Assembly (NCBI RefSeq): GCF_036321535.1
Contig: NC_087436.1
Coordinates: 11,346,001-11,410,000 of the forward strand
Length of the DNA stretch: 64,000 nt
Source of the DNA: Camelus dromedarius
Lineage: Eukaryota
Reading direction: 5' to 3'
Positions 1 through 11,790 of the stretch are shown here, in pieces. How positions within the stretch are numbered: the stretch's first letter is position 1; the number at the start of each line of letters is the position of its first letter. The translations under genes and the position numbers were made by a program. The notes beneath the pieces are model-generated. The model did not search any database and was not told where the DNA came from. It saw nothing but the letters and a program-made list of their open reading frames with translations.

Positions 1-1230
1 CAGTAACTGTCAATAGTCATGAGTGTGGCAATGGCACACATCTAAGCAGGGCAGGGTGTTGTAACAGGAGTGCAGGGGAACCTGTGGTGGTCACGGTGGT
101 CCAGAGTCTCCAGGAAGCACAAGGAAGTTGCTGAAGCCCCACAGAGATGTTCCTGGGGCACTCATAGGAGCACTTAACGGATTCCAACTTTGACAGATTC
201 TAGAGCCCTCATTGGAAGGGGCCTCATTAAAGGTGGGCTGATTTGCAAGTAACACTATGAATGGCCTTGAGTAAGACTGATAAACGAAGAATATATTGCC
301 TCCAAAACCCAAAAAGGCCTAAAAGACATTGGGCTTGTTTCCACATCGTGGGTTTTGAGAGGGTCAACAGTTACTTCTCAACAGTGTCAGGGATAGCGGT
401 GCTCTCAGTTTACCAAGTAATTGTCAGGAAATTAACCAAGACTGAGTGTTCAAATGATTCTCTGAAGAAGGGCATCAGAAATGTAAATCAACTGTACTCC
501 CAGAGAAAGCTGGATGAAGTGAAAATCTTGCCCCCACACACTGCCTGCCCTAGCAAGGTTGTTGAAGTTCCTGGGATTGCCTGGTATCCTGCTGTAAGTA
601 AAGGAAAATTACGGCTGGGAAGCTGTTGAAATAAGCTCTGATTAGAACATACTGGCCAAACGTATAACAGTCAGATATTTACCAGTTGCTGATTGGATGG
701 AACCAGTAATTAGACAATACTGGGTGAGAACACAGCATTTAGGTTGTGGTCATTCACTGTGAGATACCCTCTTCTCAAGTTAAAAAACAGGCAAAATTTA
801 AGTAAAACAAAAGCAGTGGGGATAATTAAACTTTACCCAAAATAGATCTTGCACAGTGAATTTCAAAATGTTGAAATTCCATGGGATCCCATTTTGTGAA
901 GCCAATTTGTAGGTGCCAACGGTTCGATTTAATTTTTATCTATTTCTCACGGTTTAGATCAGCCATGCCTTCTCTTGGACAGTTTATGACAATATGTGCT
1001 ATGAACTGGGGGAATTCAGGCACGGCCACAGTTCCCATGGATAAGATGCTGCATACCTCTTTGATGTCCACTTTATGTTCAGTAACGTACTAACATCGTT
1101 GGGGGCACCGGGTTTTAACTTAGTGGGAGCACAAAAGAGAATCTCACACTTTTAAGTTTTTCGTTCAAAAAATTGAGTATATCATGGATTTCCAATTAGG
1201 TCAAATTGTGGACCTCTTTTCTAGTTGTTT
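1..1230 (-). mobile_element. Degenerate ERV-L (class III)-like pol remnant
   Basis: The reverse complement encodes broken RT-region motifs (..KQAQCLLGLFGFWRQYI..) and is homologous to the plus-strand remnant at about 54480-55650. Confidence 0.6.
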
Positions 1231-1972
1231 CCTCCTCAGGTTTCCATCTTTCTTCCTTCTGTGTTCCCCTCCCCCCACCCAACCCTGGGAGGGGACACCA
1301 TTAAGGCTGGGCTGATTCGCAAGCAAAGGCATAAAAGCTCAAAGTGTATGCTTGCTTTGGGGCAGCAGAGCCAGTCTGAAGCCAAACCAGAGGAGAAATG
1401 CCTGCCCAGAGTGCCAAATGTTAGGACTAGGGTCTGTGGCCAGGGTGGGTCCTCGCCCAAAATCTGGTTCAGTGTGGGCGGGACTGATGATGCCACACAT
1501 ACCAGAAGAATATGAAAACGTTTATTATTCCCACAATAAGGTTTATGGGGTGACCACAGTGGTTACCAAGTAGGTGCAAGATGAATGAGAGAGAAGGGAG
1601 ACTAACTTGGGGTTTTGTTTTATTTTGCTGGTTACTGGGTGGGGCTGGTGTGAGGGTTCTGGCACTACTGGGGTCCTGCTTGCTTTGAAGCTCCCCCTGC
1701 ACACAGACTTTCTTATCAGCTCTCCCAGGTGTGGGGGAAAGGAATAAAGAAAGGTGAGTCCTAAAAGTCTGGATGCAGACACCACTTCTATCTTAAACAT
1801 ACCGGGAAACACAGTGTGGAGCCCTCAGTTCCTCGCTCCCGACACTTGCAGAAAAGCAAGAGACCCACTGAAAAGTGTCCCCGCACAATTGTCTTCTCTC
1901 CCACCTGGAACGCGTAAGGTGCTTATAAAACAGGTAAAGTGCAGGTAGACGAAACATGCAAATGTTCACAAG

Positions 1973-1978
1973 TTTATT
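1973..1978 (-). terminator. Polyadenylation signal AATAAA of TRIM75
   Basis: TTTATT on the + strand, about 55 nt beyond the TRIM75 stop codon. Confidence 0.7.
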
Positions 1979-2032
1979 GCAGCTGTGAAACTACAGTTTC
2001 ACACGCTCCCACGTTAGAGTTCTGGAAACACT

Positions 2033-3478
2033 TCAGTTATCTGCAGGTCCCTGTTGGCTGGGATCACCCCCGTAGTCTCTCACCGCGCAGACTGTGAGAG
2101 AGTCGCTCCTGATGCAGAAGTAGGGCTTCAGGACTTCCGAAAACGCCGCGGAGAAGGAGTGGAGGTGAGACCTGTCGTCCACACTGTAGAAGGACACGGC
2201 GCCCAGCTCGTAGTCCAGGTACACGCCCACCCCGCCGGGCCGGTCCTTCAGCTCCAGGGGGACGGCGCCCCCGGGCCCCTGCGCCTCGTACGCCCCGCCG
2301 CGCAGCCGCACCGTCCAGCGGCCGCCGGGTCCCGCCGGGCGCCCCGCGCGCGTCCCGGGGGCGGGGTCCGCGGGGTCCGCGCAGACGCCCACCGCCCACG
2401 CCGGCCCGCCCAGCCGCACCTCCCAGTACCGCCGGCCGCGCGCGAAGCCCTGGGCGCCCAGCACCGCCGGCTCCGCGCTGAACCTCCGCGCGCCGCGGGG
2501 CGCCCTCCGCTTCCTCCCCAGGAACGTCGCGGACTTCCTGTCCTCGGACACCAGCAGGCTGGGGTGCGCCGTCTCGGGGTCCAGGCTCACGTCCTCCCGG
2601 AACGTCTGGATGATTTTGCGCAGAGCCGAGTGCTGCGGGGGGAGGCTGCAGCCTTCGCGGCGCAGCTGGAAGGAGTAGACGGCGGGGCACCGCAGGCCCT
2701 CGCACCTGCGCAGGACGCCCCCGATGCCTCTCAGCAGCCTCACGCCGGGCAGCACGCTCCGCTCGGCCACCTCCTGCAGGAGGCCCTTCAGGGTGGAAAT
2801 GTGGTCCGAGAAGGCGGCCACGTTGGCGCCCAGCTGCTCCTGGATGTCCCGCTCCTCCTGGACCAGCCTCTCCAGGACGGCCTCCTGCTCGCGGTCCACA
2901 GCCCGGTTCAGCTGCCCGAACTCCAAGGCCAGCTCCCGCCGCTGGCGCTGCACCTGCTCCCGCAGCTCCAGCAGCTTCCTGTCCTGCGCGGCCACCAGGC
3001 TCTGAGCGTCGGCCACCCGCGTCTTCAGGGGCTCCACGTAACTGCCGAGCCTCTTGCGGTGGTGAGCGGCGGCCTCGCCCACGGACCTCACCACGTGGCC
3101 CTGGTGCTCAGGGGGCTGCGTGCACAGGGGACACAGCAGCTCCAGGTCGTCCTCGCAGAAGAGGCCCAGGACCTGGTGGTGCCGCTCGCACAGGCGCGGC
3201 TCCTCGCGCCTCCTCCTCTTGCTCCTGCGGCCGCCCAGCTGTCTGGCGATGTCGATCATCCTGCCCAGCTGGGTGTTGCTCCTGACGTGCCGCTCCTGGC
3301 ACGGGTGGCGGCACACGGGGCAAGGGAACCTGTCCTCCAGGTGAGCCCAGGACTGCTGGATGCAGCGGCGGCAGAAGTTGTGCCCACAGTCGATGGTGAC
3401 GGGGTCGCTCAGGCCGTCCAGACACACGGGACAGTTGGCTTCTGCCTGGAGTCCAGCCAGGGCCGCCGCCACCGCCAT
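2033..3478 (-). CDS. TRIM75: Tripartite motif protein 75 (RING/B-box2/coiled-coil/PRY-SPRY), 481 aa, uninterrupted CDS
   Basis: ATG at 3478 begins MAVAAALAGLQAEANCPVCLDGLSDPVTIDCGHNFC, which matches the TRIM75 N-terminus as I recall it (MAVAAALTGLQAEAKC...RSNTQLGRMI...LCPLCTQPP.HQGH). It has a C3HC4 RING, a B-box, LDPETAHP (PRY) and YLDYELG (SPRY). The ORF-track start at 3673 is a non-ATG extension. Confidence 0.9.
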   Translation of the reverse strand: MAVAAALAGLQAEANCPVCLDGLSDPVTIDCGHNFCRRCIQQSWAHLEDRFPCPVCRHPCQERHVRSNTQLGRMIDIARQLGGRRSKRRRREEPRLCERHHQVLGLFCEDDLELLCPLCTQPPEHQGHVVRSVGEAAAHHRKRLGSYVEPLKTRVADAQSLVAAQDRKLLELREQVQRQRRELALEFGQLNRAVDREQEAVLERLVQEERDIQEQLGANVAAFSDHISTLKGLLQEVAERSVLPGVRLLRGIGGVLRRCEGLRCPAVYSFQLRREGCSLPPQHSALRKIIQTFREDVSLDPETAHPSLLVSEDRKSATFLGRKRRAPRGARRFSAEPAVLGAQGFARGRRYWEVRLGGPAWAVGVCADPADPAPGTRAGRPAGPGGRWTVRLRGGAYEAQGPGGAVPLELKDRPGGVGVYLDYELGAVSFYSVDDRSHLHSFSAAFSEVLKPYFCIRSDSLTVCAVRDYGGDPSQQGPADN

Positions 3479-5322
3479 CGGGGCTGCACCGAGGTGGGTT
3501 TTCTCTGGAGGCCGGGCTGCAGGGTCTCCGCGCTGACAAGCAGGCGCACCCTCGGTTCTCACTCCTTGTCCAGGACGCTGCGCTCCGAAGGGCCGTCGGA
3601 ACTCGGTGGCGCGGGCAGTGGCCAGAGTGGCTTCCTTCACTTCCTGCAGCTGATCACAGAGCAGCTGGGCCACTCACTGCTCTCAGCAACTCTCTGGGTC
3701 AGAAAGCAGACACAAGTCGAAAGTGCCTTTTCCTTCCTGGGGATGAGAAAAATAATCCTGCCTGTGAAAAGGCTGCCCTGTGTTGTGGGACCAGCTCGCT
3801 GCCACCTTGAGGAATCTGCTGACCCTCCCCTCCACCACGATCCACTTACACCCGCAGGGACCACTGGCTGATGTGACGGTGTCCTGGGAGTTGAAATGTG
3901 TGTGGGCTTGGGGATGAGAGCCCCAGGCCTGGGTGGGGGGTCCCCCTCAGTCAACAGCTTATCTGTGGACCTGGGCAAAGTCACATAGCATCCCTGATTC
4001 TAAGAGGATCTGGTTAAAGGACAAAATTCTCAGCTTCAATCATTTCAGTGTTGTCAAAAATCTAATAAAAGAACCTGCTACTTTTTGGCTTAAACCACAG
4101 ATATTTCTGACAGCACTCAATTCATAATACATAAAAATTTACTTTTCACTTAAGGTTCTCAACTACAGGATATATCAGATACATCAGACTGTGTGCATAA
4201 GTGGATTTGATTTGGACTAGAAGAAATTTATCTGGACACCCTGCCAGGTCAGAAAACTCTTCACATCAGGCACAGTATGAGATTGAGATCAGGATTTTAT
4301 TGTGAGTTGAAGCTGAGAAACACACATACACATAACTACTCCCTGACATCTTTGGTGAGCTGCCAGCTAGTGAAGCTTTGTGAGGTCAGAATCTCTACAA
4401 GGATGTGTGGCACTTTCCCTTAGAAGCTGCTGCTGATTCTCAAAGAGCTGAGAGGCCAACTCAGGGCACCCACAGAGGATATGTCCTGGTAAACTCCCCA
4501 GACTTTCCTCTGAGATCAGTGAAGTGATCCCAAAGCTGGACGCTGAGTATCCATGGCCGATGCGGGGAGGTGTCAGGGAGTCTATTGATTTAATTATCTT
4601 GGTGCCTGATTGGTTTAAAACAGTATTTTGATCCAGAATGATGGACAAATGAATTTCAGAGTGTTCTAGCCTCTGATTGCCCAGCCCACGACCACCCTCT
4701 GGGCCCCCTCCAGTCTCCTGCCACCCACACCCAGATCTAGTCACACCCCCTCCCACAGGGCTCTCCTGTAGGACTGCGTTTCATCTAGAGGACCCCGTCC
4801 TTCCCTCAGCTCCAGCTTCCCCAGCACCAGGCTCTCACCTCCTACCCTCCTGTAGTATGTTCAGCTCCTCTGGCCCCAGTGCCTTTGTACCAGCAGAGCC
4901 CTCAGTGGTCTCCGGTGCTGCCCGACTCAGAGCTCACTGTCACTTCTTCCAGATCCCAGCTTCCCCGCTGCATGAGGGTCACCTCCCCAACAAAATGTGA
5001 CAGAGCAGTAAGGACAGGATCGTGAGCTCTTTTCACTCTGACTGCTGTAGATTTACAGATTTGGAAAAACTGCATCCCACACAGAGCTGTCACCTCCGTG
5101 CTGTCTGCCATGATTGCATCTCCAAAAATCACCTCAGTCCCTGGCTAAGCTGTAGAGGCACTAAAATCCTGCCAGGTTTCCGGGTCTCCCATAGGGACTG
5201 AGTGACTCTGGGGTAACCTGCTTCTGCTCTGCCTGTCTGCAGGCAGGCGTGGTGAGATGGAGGAAGACCAAATTCCTCCCAGGCCCCCAGAGCTCTAATC
5301 GTTGTCCCTCCCCACCTGCACA

Positions 5323-5790
5323 CTGATGAGATTTAAAGTTCCTTAAAAGTCAAAATGGAGCCGGTGGCCAATGTGGATGTGGTTTCAGACACATCCCTGC
5401 ACCAGTAACAACCTGACTTTTCTGAACTGGATCAAACTCAAGGACACCACCAGCTGTTTACAAAGCAGTACCTGCTGACAGCTCTAGCTGCAACCTTGTA
5501 GTTTCAAACCCCTCCCCACCCCCACCCTCACAATTGTGTTATCAATTTGAGCAACAACCAGTCCTTCTCTGTTTAACCATCACCCTTCTTGCCAGGTCCA
5601 TCCTAATTATTGACAGCCAACTGATGGAGCCTTGCAGGTTTCATGCCTTTATAAGCCTTCCCCATTGTGTATCCTGGGGACACAATTCAAGTGCTTTTTG
5701 AATCTGTGTCTCCGGGGCTGCAGTCCTAACGACCCCCAATAAACGTCTCTATTTCAGTGAGGTCTGGGTTTCTGGGGTTTTGGTTAACAC
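5323..5790 (+). mobile_element. Solo ERV LTR within the putative TRIM75 intron 1
   Basis: TG...AACA termini, CAAAATGGAG motif, TATAAG and AATAAA in LTR order, about 470 bp. Confidence 0.55.
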
Positions 5791-6104
5791 TCCACACTTC
5801 CCAGGACTGAGACATCCTGGAGGGGGATCCCACAGCTTCAGACCAACCTTTGGGGGATTGTCACACACAAGTATTTTCATCCTCAGGCCCCCAGGACAGG
5901 GTAGGAACTTGGCATCTGTGCTCTCAGTACGCATTTAGGTGACTTAGGACAAGGCAGGCTGAGGGACTGGGAACTCTGATAAAGGACAGGTTTTAGCAGA
6001 AGTCAAACCTGAGCCTCGATTCCTTGGGAGGTGGGTCCCTAGGCTGGGCCCAGAGCAGGGACTCAGGAAGCCCTGGCCTTGTCACCTCCCCACTCCTGCT
6101 CCCC

Positions 6105-6275
6105 ACTTACCTGGTGCGGCTCTGGCGGTGTCCCAACGCCTGGTCCTCAGTCTGCTGTCCCACCAAATAGTGTGGGCGGGGATGTGACCCGAGCATATAT
6201 ACACCACCAGGAGGGTGGAGCTATTGGGGTCCCGCCCTAAAGGCTGTGGCTCCTCCCCCGGAGAGTGGATTGGAT
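6105..6275 (-). promoter_or_regulatory. Candidate TRIM75 core promoter and short non-coding exon 1
   Basis: On the minus strand: CCAAT boxes (6269-6273, 6223-6227), a GC box GGGCGGG (6231-6237), TATATAT (6195-6201) and a perfect donor CAG|GTAAGT at 6111/6110. A matching acceptor TTTTTCTCATCCCCAG| lies at about 3737, upstream of the CDS. Confidence 0.55.
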
Positions 6276-9200
6276 GAGAGTGTTTAGAGGTGCTGCTCAG
6301 AGTTGAGGGGGGGAAGGGGGGGGAGGACCCAGCCTGGGATGAGGCCAAGCTGATGGGCGGCCGCTGTCCCGGTGATAACAGGATCCCAGCTGCAGATTTG
6401 AGATCCTCCCATGATCCTTTCAACGCCACTTAACTTTAATCTTCTCCGATGGGGGAAATGAACTCTGAAAGGCGCTGTGAGTCTGTCCATTTCCTCCCCA
6501 GGGAGGTGTGACTCCCCCGCCCTTCCCGATCTCCAGCTCCGCGTGCACGCGGAGGGGCAGCCGCCCCTCTCACGGTCCGGGGTCTGGGTGAGTCCATCCC
6601 GGGCCCCCTGCACCCTCACGACGAGCAGTTTCCTATTCCAGGACCGCTGAACCCCGACCGCAGACAGGGCAGTGTACAGAGCCCAGGTCCGGACCTGCCT
6701 GACACACAGAAGACAAACTGTGCGAAGTTCCGGCCCCCGAGACAGTTGTGCCGCTGCGGATGGTTCAGGTTCCCGGCGTGATTGTCTCCCAGAGACGAGG
6801 GCGCTGCGGGGAGGGGCCCCTTGGGAGGAGACGCGCACCCAGGAGAAGCCCGGAGTGAGGCAGGAACCGCAGGGCCAGAGGGCAGCAGGGCCGGAGGGCG
6901 GTGGCCTCTGAGCGTCTGCCAACTCTGTTCCTGGCGCGCCCCGCGGCCTCAGCGCAGCAGGGATTAGAATTCCAGGGCCTTGATGAAAATTTGAAAAGAC
7001 GATGTTTGGGGGTAAAACCCTCTAATTTTGATGTATTTTGCTTTGGAACTGCCAAAGCAGTTTGCATTTGTTTCCTGCAACATTTCTGTAAAATAAGCCT
7101 GGTAAGTAACATAGTCAGTGAGGACAGACAGAAAATGGCTGTCTTCCAGGTGGCAAATAACAAAACACCTGCACTAGCTTTGCAGCTTCCTGTGAAAATA
7201 CAATTGTTTCTAAACAAGTTAAAACAAATACACAACCAAAACCCCAAACACCATCTAATTCTTGAGATTATATTATCCCACAGTTATTAATTGTATTAAT
7301 TTGCATAATGTTCTCATGAACCATAGAGGAAAAGTACCAACCGGGAAATGTCTCCCAGGTGGGTCCAGTAGAGAAATAAGCCCTACATTTTCCTCGAAAA
7401 GTATTGGTGTAAGTATTTTTGCTCTGATATGAGAGCTGTTATTCAAAGTACAAAATGAAACCTCTCCCAACTCATAATTTAGAAAGCGCCAGTCCCCCTG
7501 GACTTTGGTGTATGCGGTGCAACACAGGAGTTAAGACCAGAGAAAGATTTGTCAGCTTCCCCTTTGAGGGACAGCAGAGCCATAGCATCCCAGGGGACGG
7601 ACCCCTACAGACACCATGGCCCCTTCACCACTGCCTCCTTCTCCACCAACTAATGATGCCAACCCTCTGAAGACTCAGGGCAGCCGGTAAACAAGTAACC
7701 TTGTGAGATTGTGTGGACAGCGTGGTTTCACGGTTTCCACTGTCATGCCTTTTCTGTCTTCTGAGGTGGGAAGACTGGGAACTCAAGTTTCAGTATCAAG
7801 GGTCAAATTGACCGTGGAAAGGTTGATTTTACACTTTCTGTAGGTTAAAATGTTTTCAAGAGATGGATCCATTTTTCTCCCATTCCTATGAAAGGACCGC
7901 TGGAGGGTCTAGATCTCCATACCTGCTGGAGACACTTTCAGCCCCTGGGAGCAAGTCCAGGTCTGACCCCGCCCCACTTCTCTTCAGTCTGGAGGCTGCC
8001 CACCCCACTTCCAGTCCCCTAGAATGTGCCAACGTGACCTGGTTTCCCTTGACAACTCCTGTCAGGAGGGTCCTTTCCAGGCCTGTCCCCTTTGTAGAGG
8101 GTCAGGGGGAGCTGGCTGCCCCGCGGGGTGCAGTAAGGGAGGTGCAGGAGTCACGTGTTTAGGGCTGTACCTGGATCTGGACTTTGGGAGCGGGTCTATT
8201 TTCAAACTATTCTGATGGGTCAGGAGATCCGGGGTCTGTCAGACACAGACGACTCCTCTCAGTTGACAGCAGAGGGGAATGGCTGCCGGGTCTTGACCTT
8301 CAGTCCTGTGCTTTGCCCACATCTTCTTCATAGACCCAATCATCTCCTGATCGGCTTATCACCTAGTCCCCCACCCAGCCAGCCTCCGGAGCTCTCTCAC
8401 TCACTTCATAGTTAGAGTCCTGGAGCCAGAGACATGAGTGTCATCCCAGCTGGGCCTATGACCGTCCAGGGAGCAGAGACATAGGAAAGCAGGGCATATT
8501 TGCCTCCTTGCCCCGTTTCAGTGTGGATGACCTTCCCATCCGGAGAGAGGATGAGGCTTTGCTTCTCATCAGGAACAGACATTGCCCCCCTCCTGCAGAT
8601 CCTGCACCAAAATGTCTGGTACCATCTGTTGGAAAACGTTTGAACAACCAAACCCACACGATTAGATCAAAAATAACACTGGGCAGTTGAGCCCCTGCGG
8701 CCACAGCAATGCGTGTCCAGGACCACGGGGCGGAGCGTTCCCAGCTCCTGGTCAGCCCGGAGCGGCCTGCGCACACACAGGAGGCGGCTGTTCCCTCTTT
8801 TAAACCACGGCTGAGGACAGGTGTCCTCCAACCCCAGCCCAGCCCCTTCTGTTCACTGAACTCAGGGTCTCAGAAACTGTTCCACATCCACACACATATT
8901 TCACTATGAGCAGAAGCCTGAATGGAAAGTGTTGCATCCATGGTGGGAACAGAAGTTTCTGGAAGAAGGACAGTCTTTGCGAGGTCAGCGTTCCCTCCAG
9001 TGTTCTTCCGCCCTCTCAGTTTCAAATCAGAGGTGTCGCCTACTGAGTGCTTTACCAGGTTAGACTGCGTGCTCTGTGCTTTACTCAAACATCCTGTGAA
9101 AACTTCACGAGAATTCTCTACTGTGGGAGGACTTGCCTCCCATAGACAAAAGTGGAAAGGGAGGGTTAGAGTGGTGACGTCCGCGGGGCCACCGGGATGG

Positions 9201-11159
9201 AGTGTCACCCCTCTGTGGCCACAACAGCCCGTCTCTTTCAAAATACTTAAGAGTATTTCAAAATACTTTTTTTAAAAAGTATAATTTCCATTTTGTTGTT
9301 TTGTTTTGCAGAGAACAAGATTTCTTCAGTCATTAAGGACTTAGCTCCTTACATGGGCTCTGGTGGAGGCCGTGGGGCGGCACCTGCAGGTCTAAATCTG
9401 GGTGGGCATGTTCGGTCCTTCCGGGCTTCACGAGGACTCCTGACCACCTTGCTGTGCGTGGCACAGCTCACGTAGTAGTGCAGTTCCACAGACAGCTTGG
9501 GAGGCACGTAGGCGTGGAGACGCTTGCTTCAGAAACGTCCCTGATGGCTGCGGCCTCTACTGTGTTTTGAATGACAAACTTCTCAGTGACCGTGTCCTTG
9601 GGCAGGCATCTGGCACAGCGAATAAACTGCACAAGGCTGCAGGCCTTTTTGGCAAGACCATCGTTCCCTCTTTGCCTGGTCACCAGGCGAGGACACGAGA
9701 GAGCCAAAATACATTTTATTCCCACTGGCCAGCTAATTCCCGATTTGAGAATACTCTCCCAAAAGTCCAAAAAGAAAAAAGTTATGATTCATAACATTTC
9801 CATGCAAGGAGCGTTTATCAGACGGCAGGAGGAGAGACACGCCCTGCGCAGGGGAAGCAGCCCGAGCCTGAGCTTTGGGGCAACCTCGGCTGTCTGCCAA
9901 ATGGGTGTAAGACAGAAGTCACTGCGATGTGGTTAACAGTCTTGTATATTATCCGGCACAAAACAGTATCAGGAGCAACACAGTTATTCTGTAAATATCA
10001 GCATTAGGTCAGTGGATCAGCGCCCTCAAAGGTTTTAACCACCAGTGACGAACTCAGCAGGCTCAGTGATGGTGTTGGGGGGGCAGATGGAGGTTCTCTA
10101 ATTCTGCGCCCCTACACTTCACTGCTGGCATCTTCCCTAAAGAAGACCTTTCCCTCCCTGACGTCCCCTTCTGTGTTTTTAGAGGCACCCCCTGGACTCA
10201 TGAATTCTCTTCCTCTCCAACGTGTATACCCATCATTCTCCTTGCTGAGGTCCAGAGAGCCCCACGTGGAGCCGGCCGTGCTCCCTATGCTGCCTCTGCA
10301 TCCTCTTGGCCAGTCCTCGCTAGTCTTTGAGCTCATCCCTGCTGTGAGATACAGGAGCCTTCATTCCCATCTTTTATTCTCCTGAGACCAGACCTAGAAC
10401 CAATATTTTCTCTGTGACACTCTGTTGGGCTTTATTGATGAAGGATAATGAAAAATTAAGATCTGGTGGAGTAAACGCTTTTAAATGTGTGATGTAAAAC
10501 AAATGAGGGTGTATGTGTTAAGAACTATGAAGGATGTGAGATTTACCTTATTTTTGAGCTGACAAGTTAGCCTGCCCCTGTATGATGGATGCTGGCCGAA
10601 GACACAAAGCACTTTCTTACTCGTGGCACAGTGGTGGCATGAACTCTATGTTAGTCTCAGTACCCGGGGTCCTTCCATCCGTGGGGTGAGCCTAGATGGA
10701 TGCGGTGCACACAGGGGATTTGCAGCACAGATGGGAATTCCCAGCCCAGGACATCCGGATCCTCACTGCGCTGTGGGCAAAACTGCCCAGACTCTGCCCC
10801 AAAGGGAGGCATAGCCTTCAACATGATGTACAGCAGTCACACCTCCCTCTGCTCTGCAGGGTGACTCTCCAGCTTCTGAAGCAGCTCCTCAGGAAGCATC
10901 CTTGGAAATATAGTGCAGAACCAAATGGCAGCCAGTGCCTCTGCTCACAGGATGTGCAGAAGCCCTCAGACTCACAGAATGTTCTCCCAACATTGCCCAG
11001 ACCAGGAAGCAGCATTACAACAGGAACTGAGACAACTCTTCTGTGGGCGTGGACATCTGGGTCTCTGAGGACATTATTAAGAAGACTTTTAGGAATTGGG
11101 AAGGGGAGGTGTGGAGAAGGGCCAGGGAGGACACCTCTGCAAGAAGGGGTCTGCACAGG

Positions 11160-11348
11160 GGTCTCTAAGCATGCTCTCCAGACCAGTAGCATCATGACCA
11201 TGTAGACATTTATTAAAATATAGGTTCCTGGGCCCCACCTCCAACCTACTGACTCAGAAATAATGGGGTGGGGGACGGAGCCCAGAAACCACTGTTACCG
11301 ACAGCCTACCGGTGACCCTGGTGCACCCCAACCTTTGAGAACCATTCA
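11160..11348 (+). mobile_element. MER5-like (hAT-Charlie) DNA transposon fossil
   Basis: Resembles the MER5A consensus (..CCTGGGCCCCACCTCCAACCTACTGACTCAGAA...TTTGAGAACCA). Confidence 0.5.
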
Positions 11349-11364
11349 TCTGGAAGTTGCATTT

Positions 11365-11790
11365 CAAGGAAACTAGAATATGTCACCCCAAAATATGCCT
11401 TTATGACACAAAAATTATATTGAGCTGAAGGCAATTAAGAAGCAGCAAACCCGCAAACCCTCCCCTTCTCTGGCTAGTGGTGGGATACAAATTCTCGTCT
11501 TAGTGGCCGCAGACCCTTGTCAGCCCAGGGAGGGCGCCAGAGGAAGCTGCAAACAAACCTTACTCCATTAATTCTCCTCCATGGATTGAATTTCCCACAT
11601 CCTGCCTCCCTTGAAAGCCTAAATCTGTTCCCAGCTCCTCTCTCTGGTCGAGAAATGACCTGTTTGTCGAAGCTGCTTTATAAGCTGGGGTTCTGAGCCT
11701 CCACGGGGGTTCCGTTTCCTTTAGGTTCCTCCAGCGAGGGGGTGCTGCGGCCCCCATTCCCTGCCTCCCTCTTGCTAATTTCTCTGAGAG
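11365..11790 (+). mobile_element. Old ERV1 LTR (MER34-like)
   Basis: AATATGTCACCCCAAAATATGCC...TTGAGCTGAAGGCAATTAAGAAGCAGCA opening, typical of MER34-group LTRs. A similar element lies at about 42340-42830. Confidence 0.45.

Noticed and set aside
3479..3673. 65-aa N-terminal extension of TRIM75 in the ORF track
   Set aside because: It starts at a non-ATG codon; family homology begins at the ATG at 3478.
2054..3871. 605-aa plus-strand ORF antisense to TRIM75 (also 2064-2705 and 3108-3539 in alternative frames)
   Set aside because: No recognizable domain. These are shadow ORFs expected from extreme GC content and codon bias.
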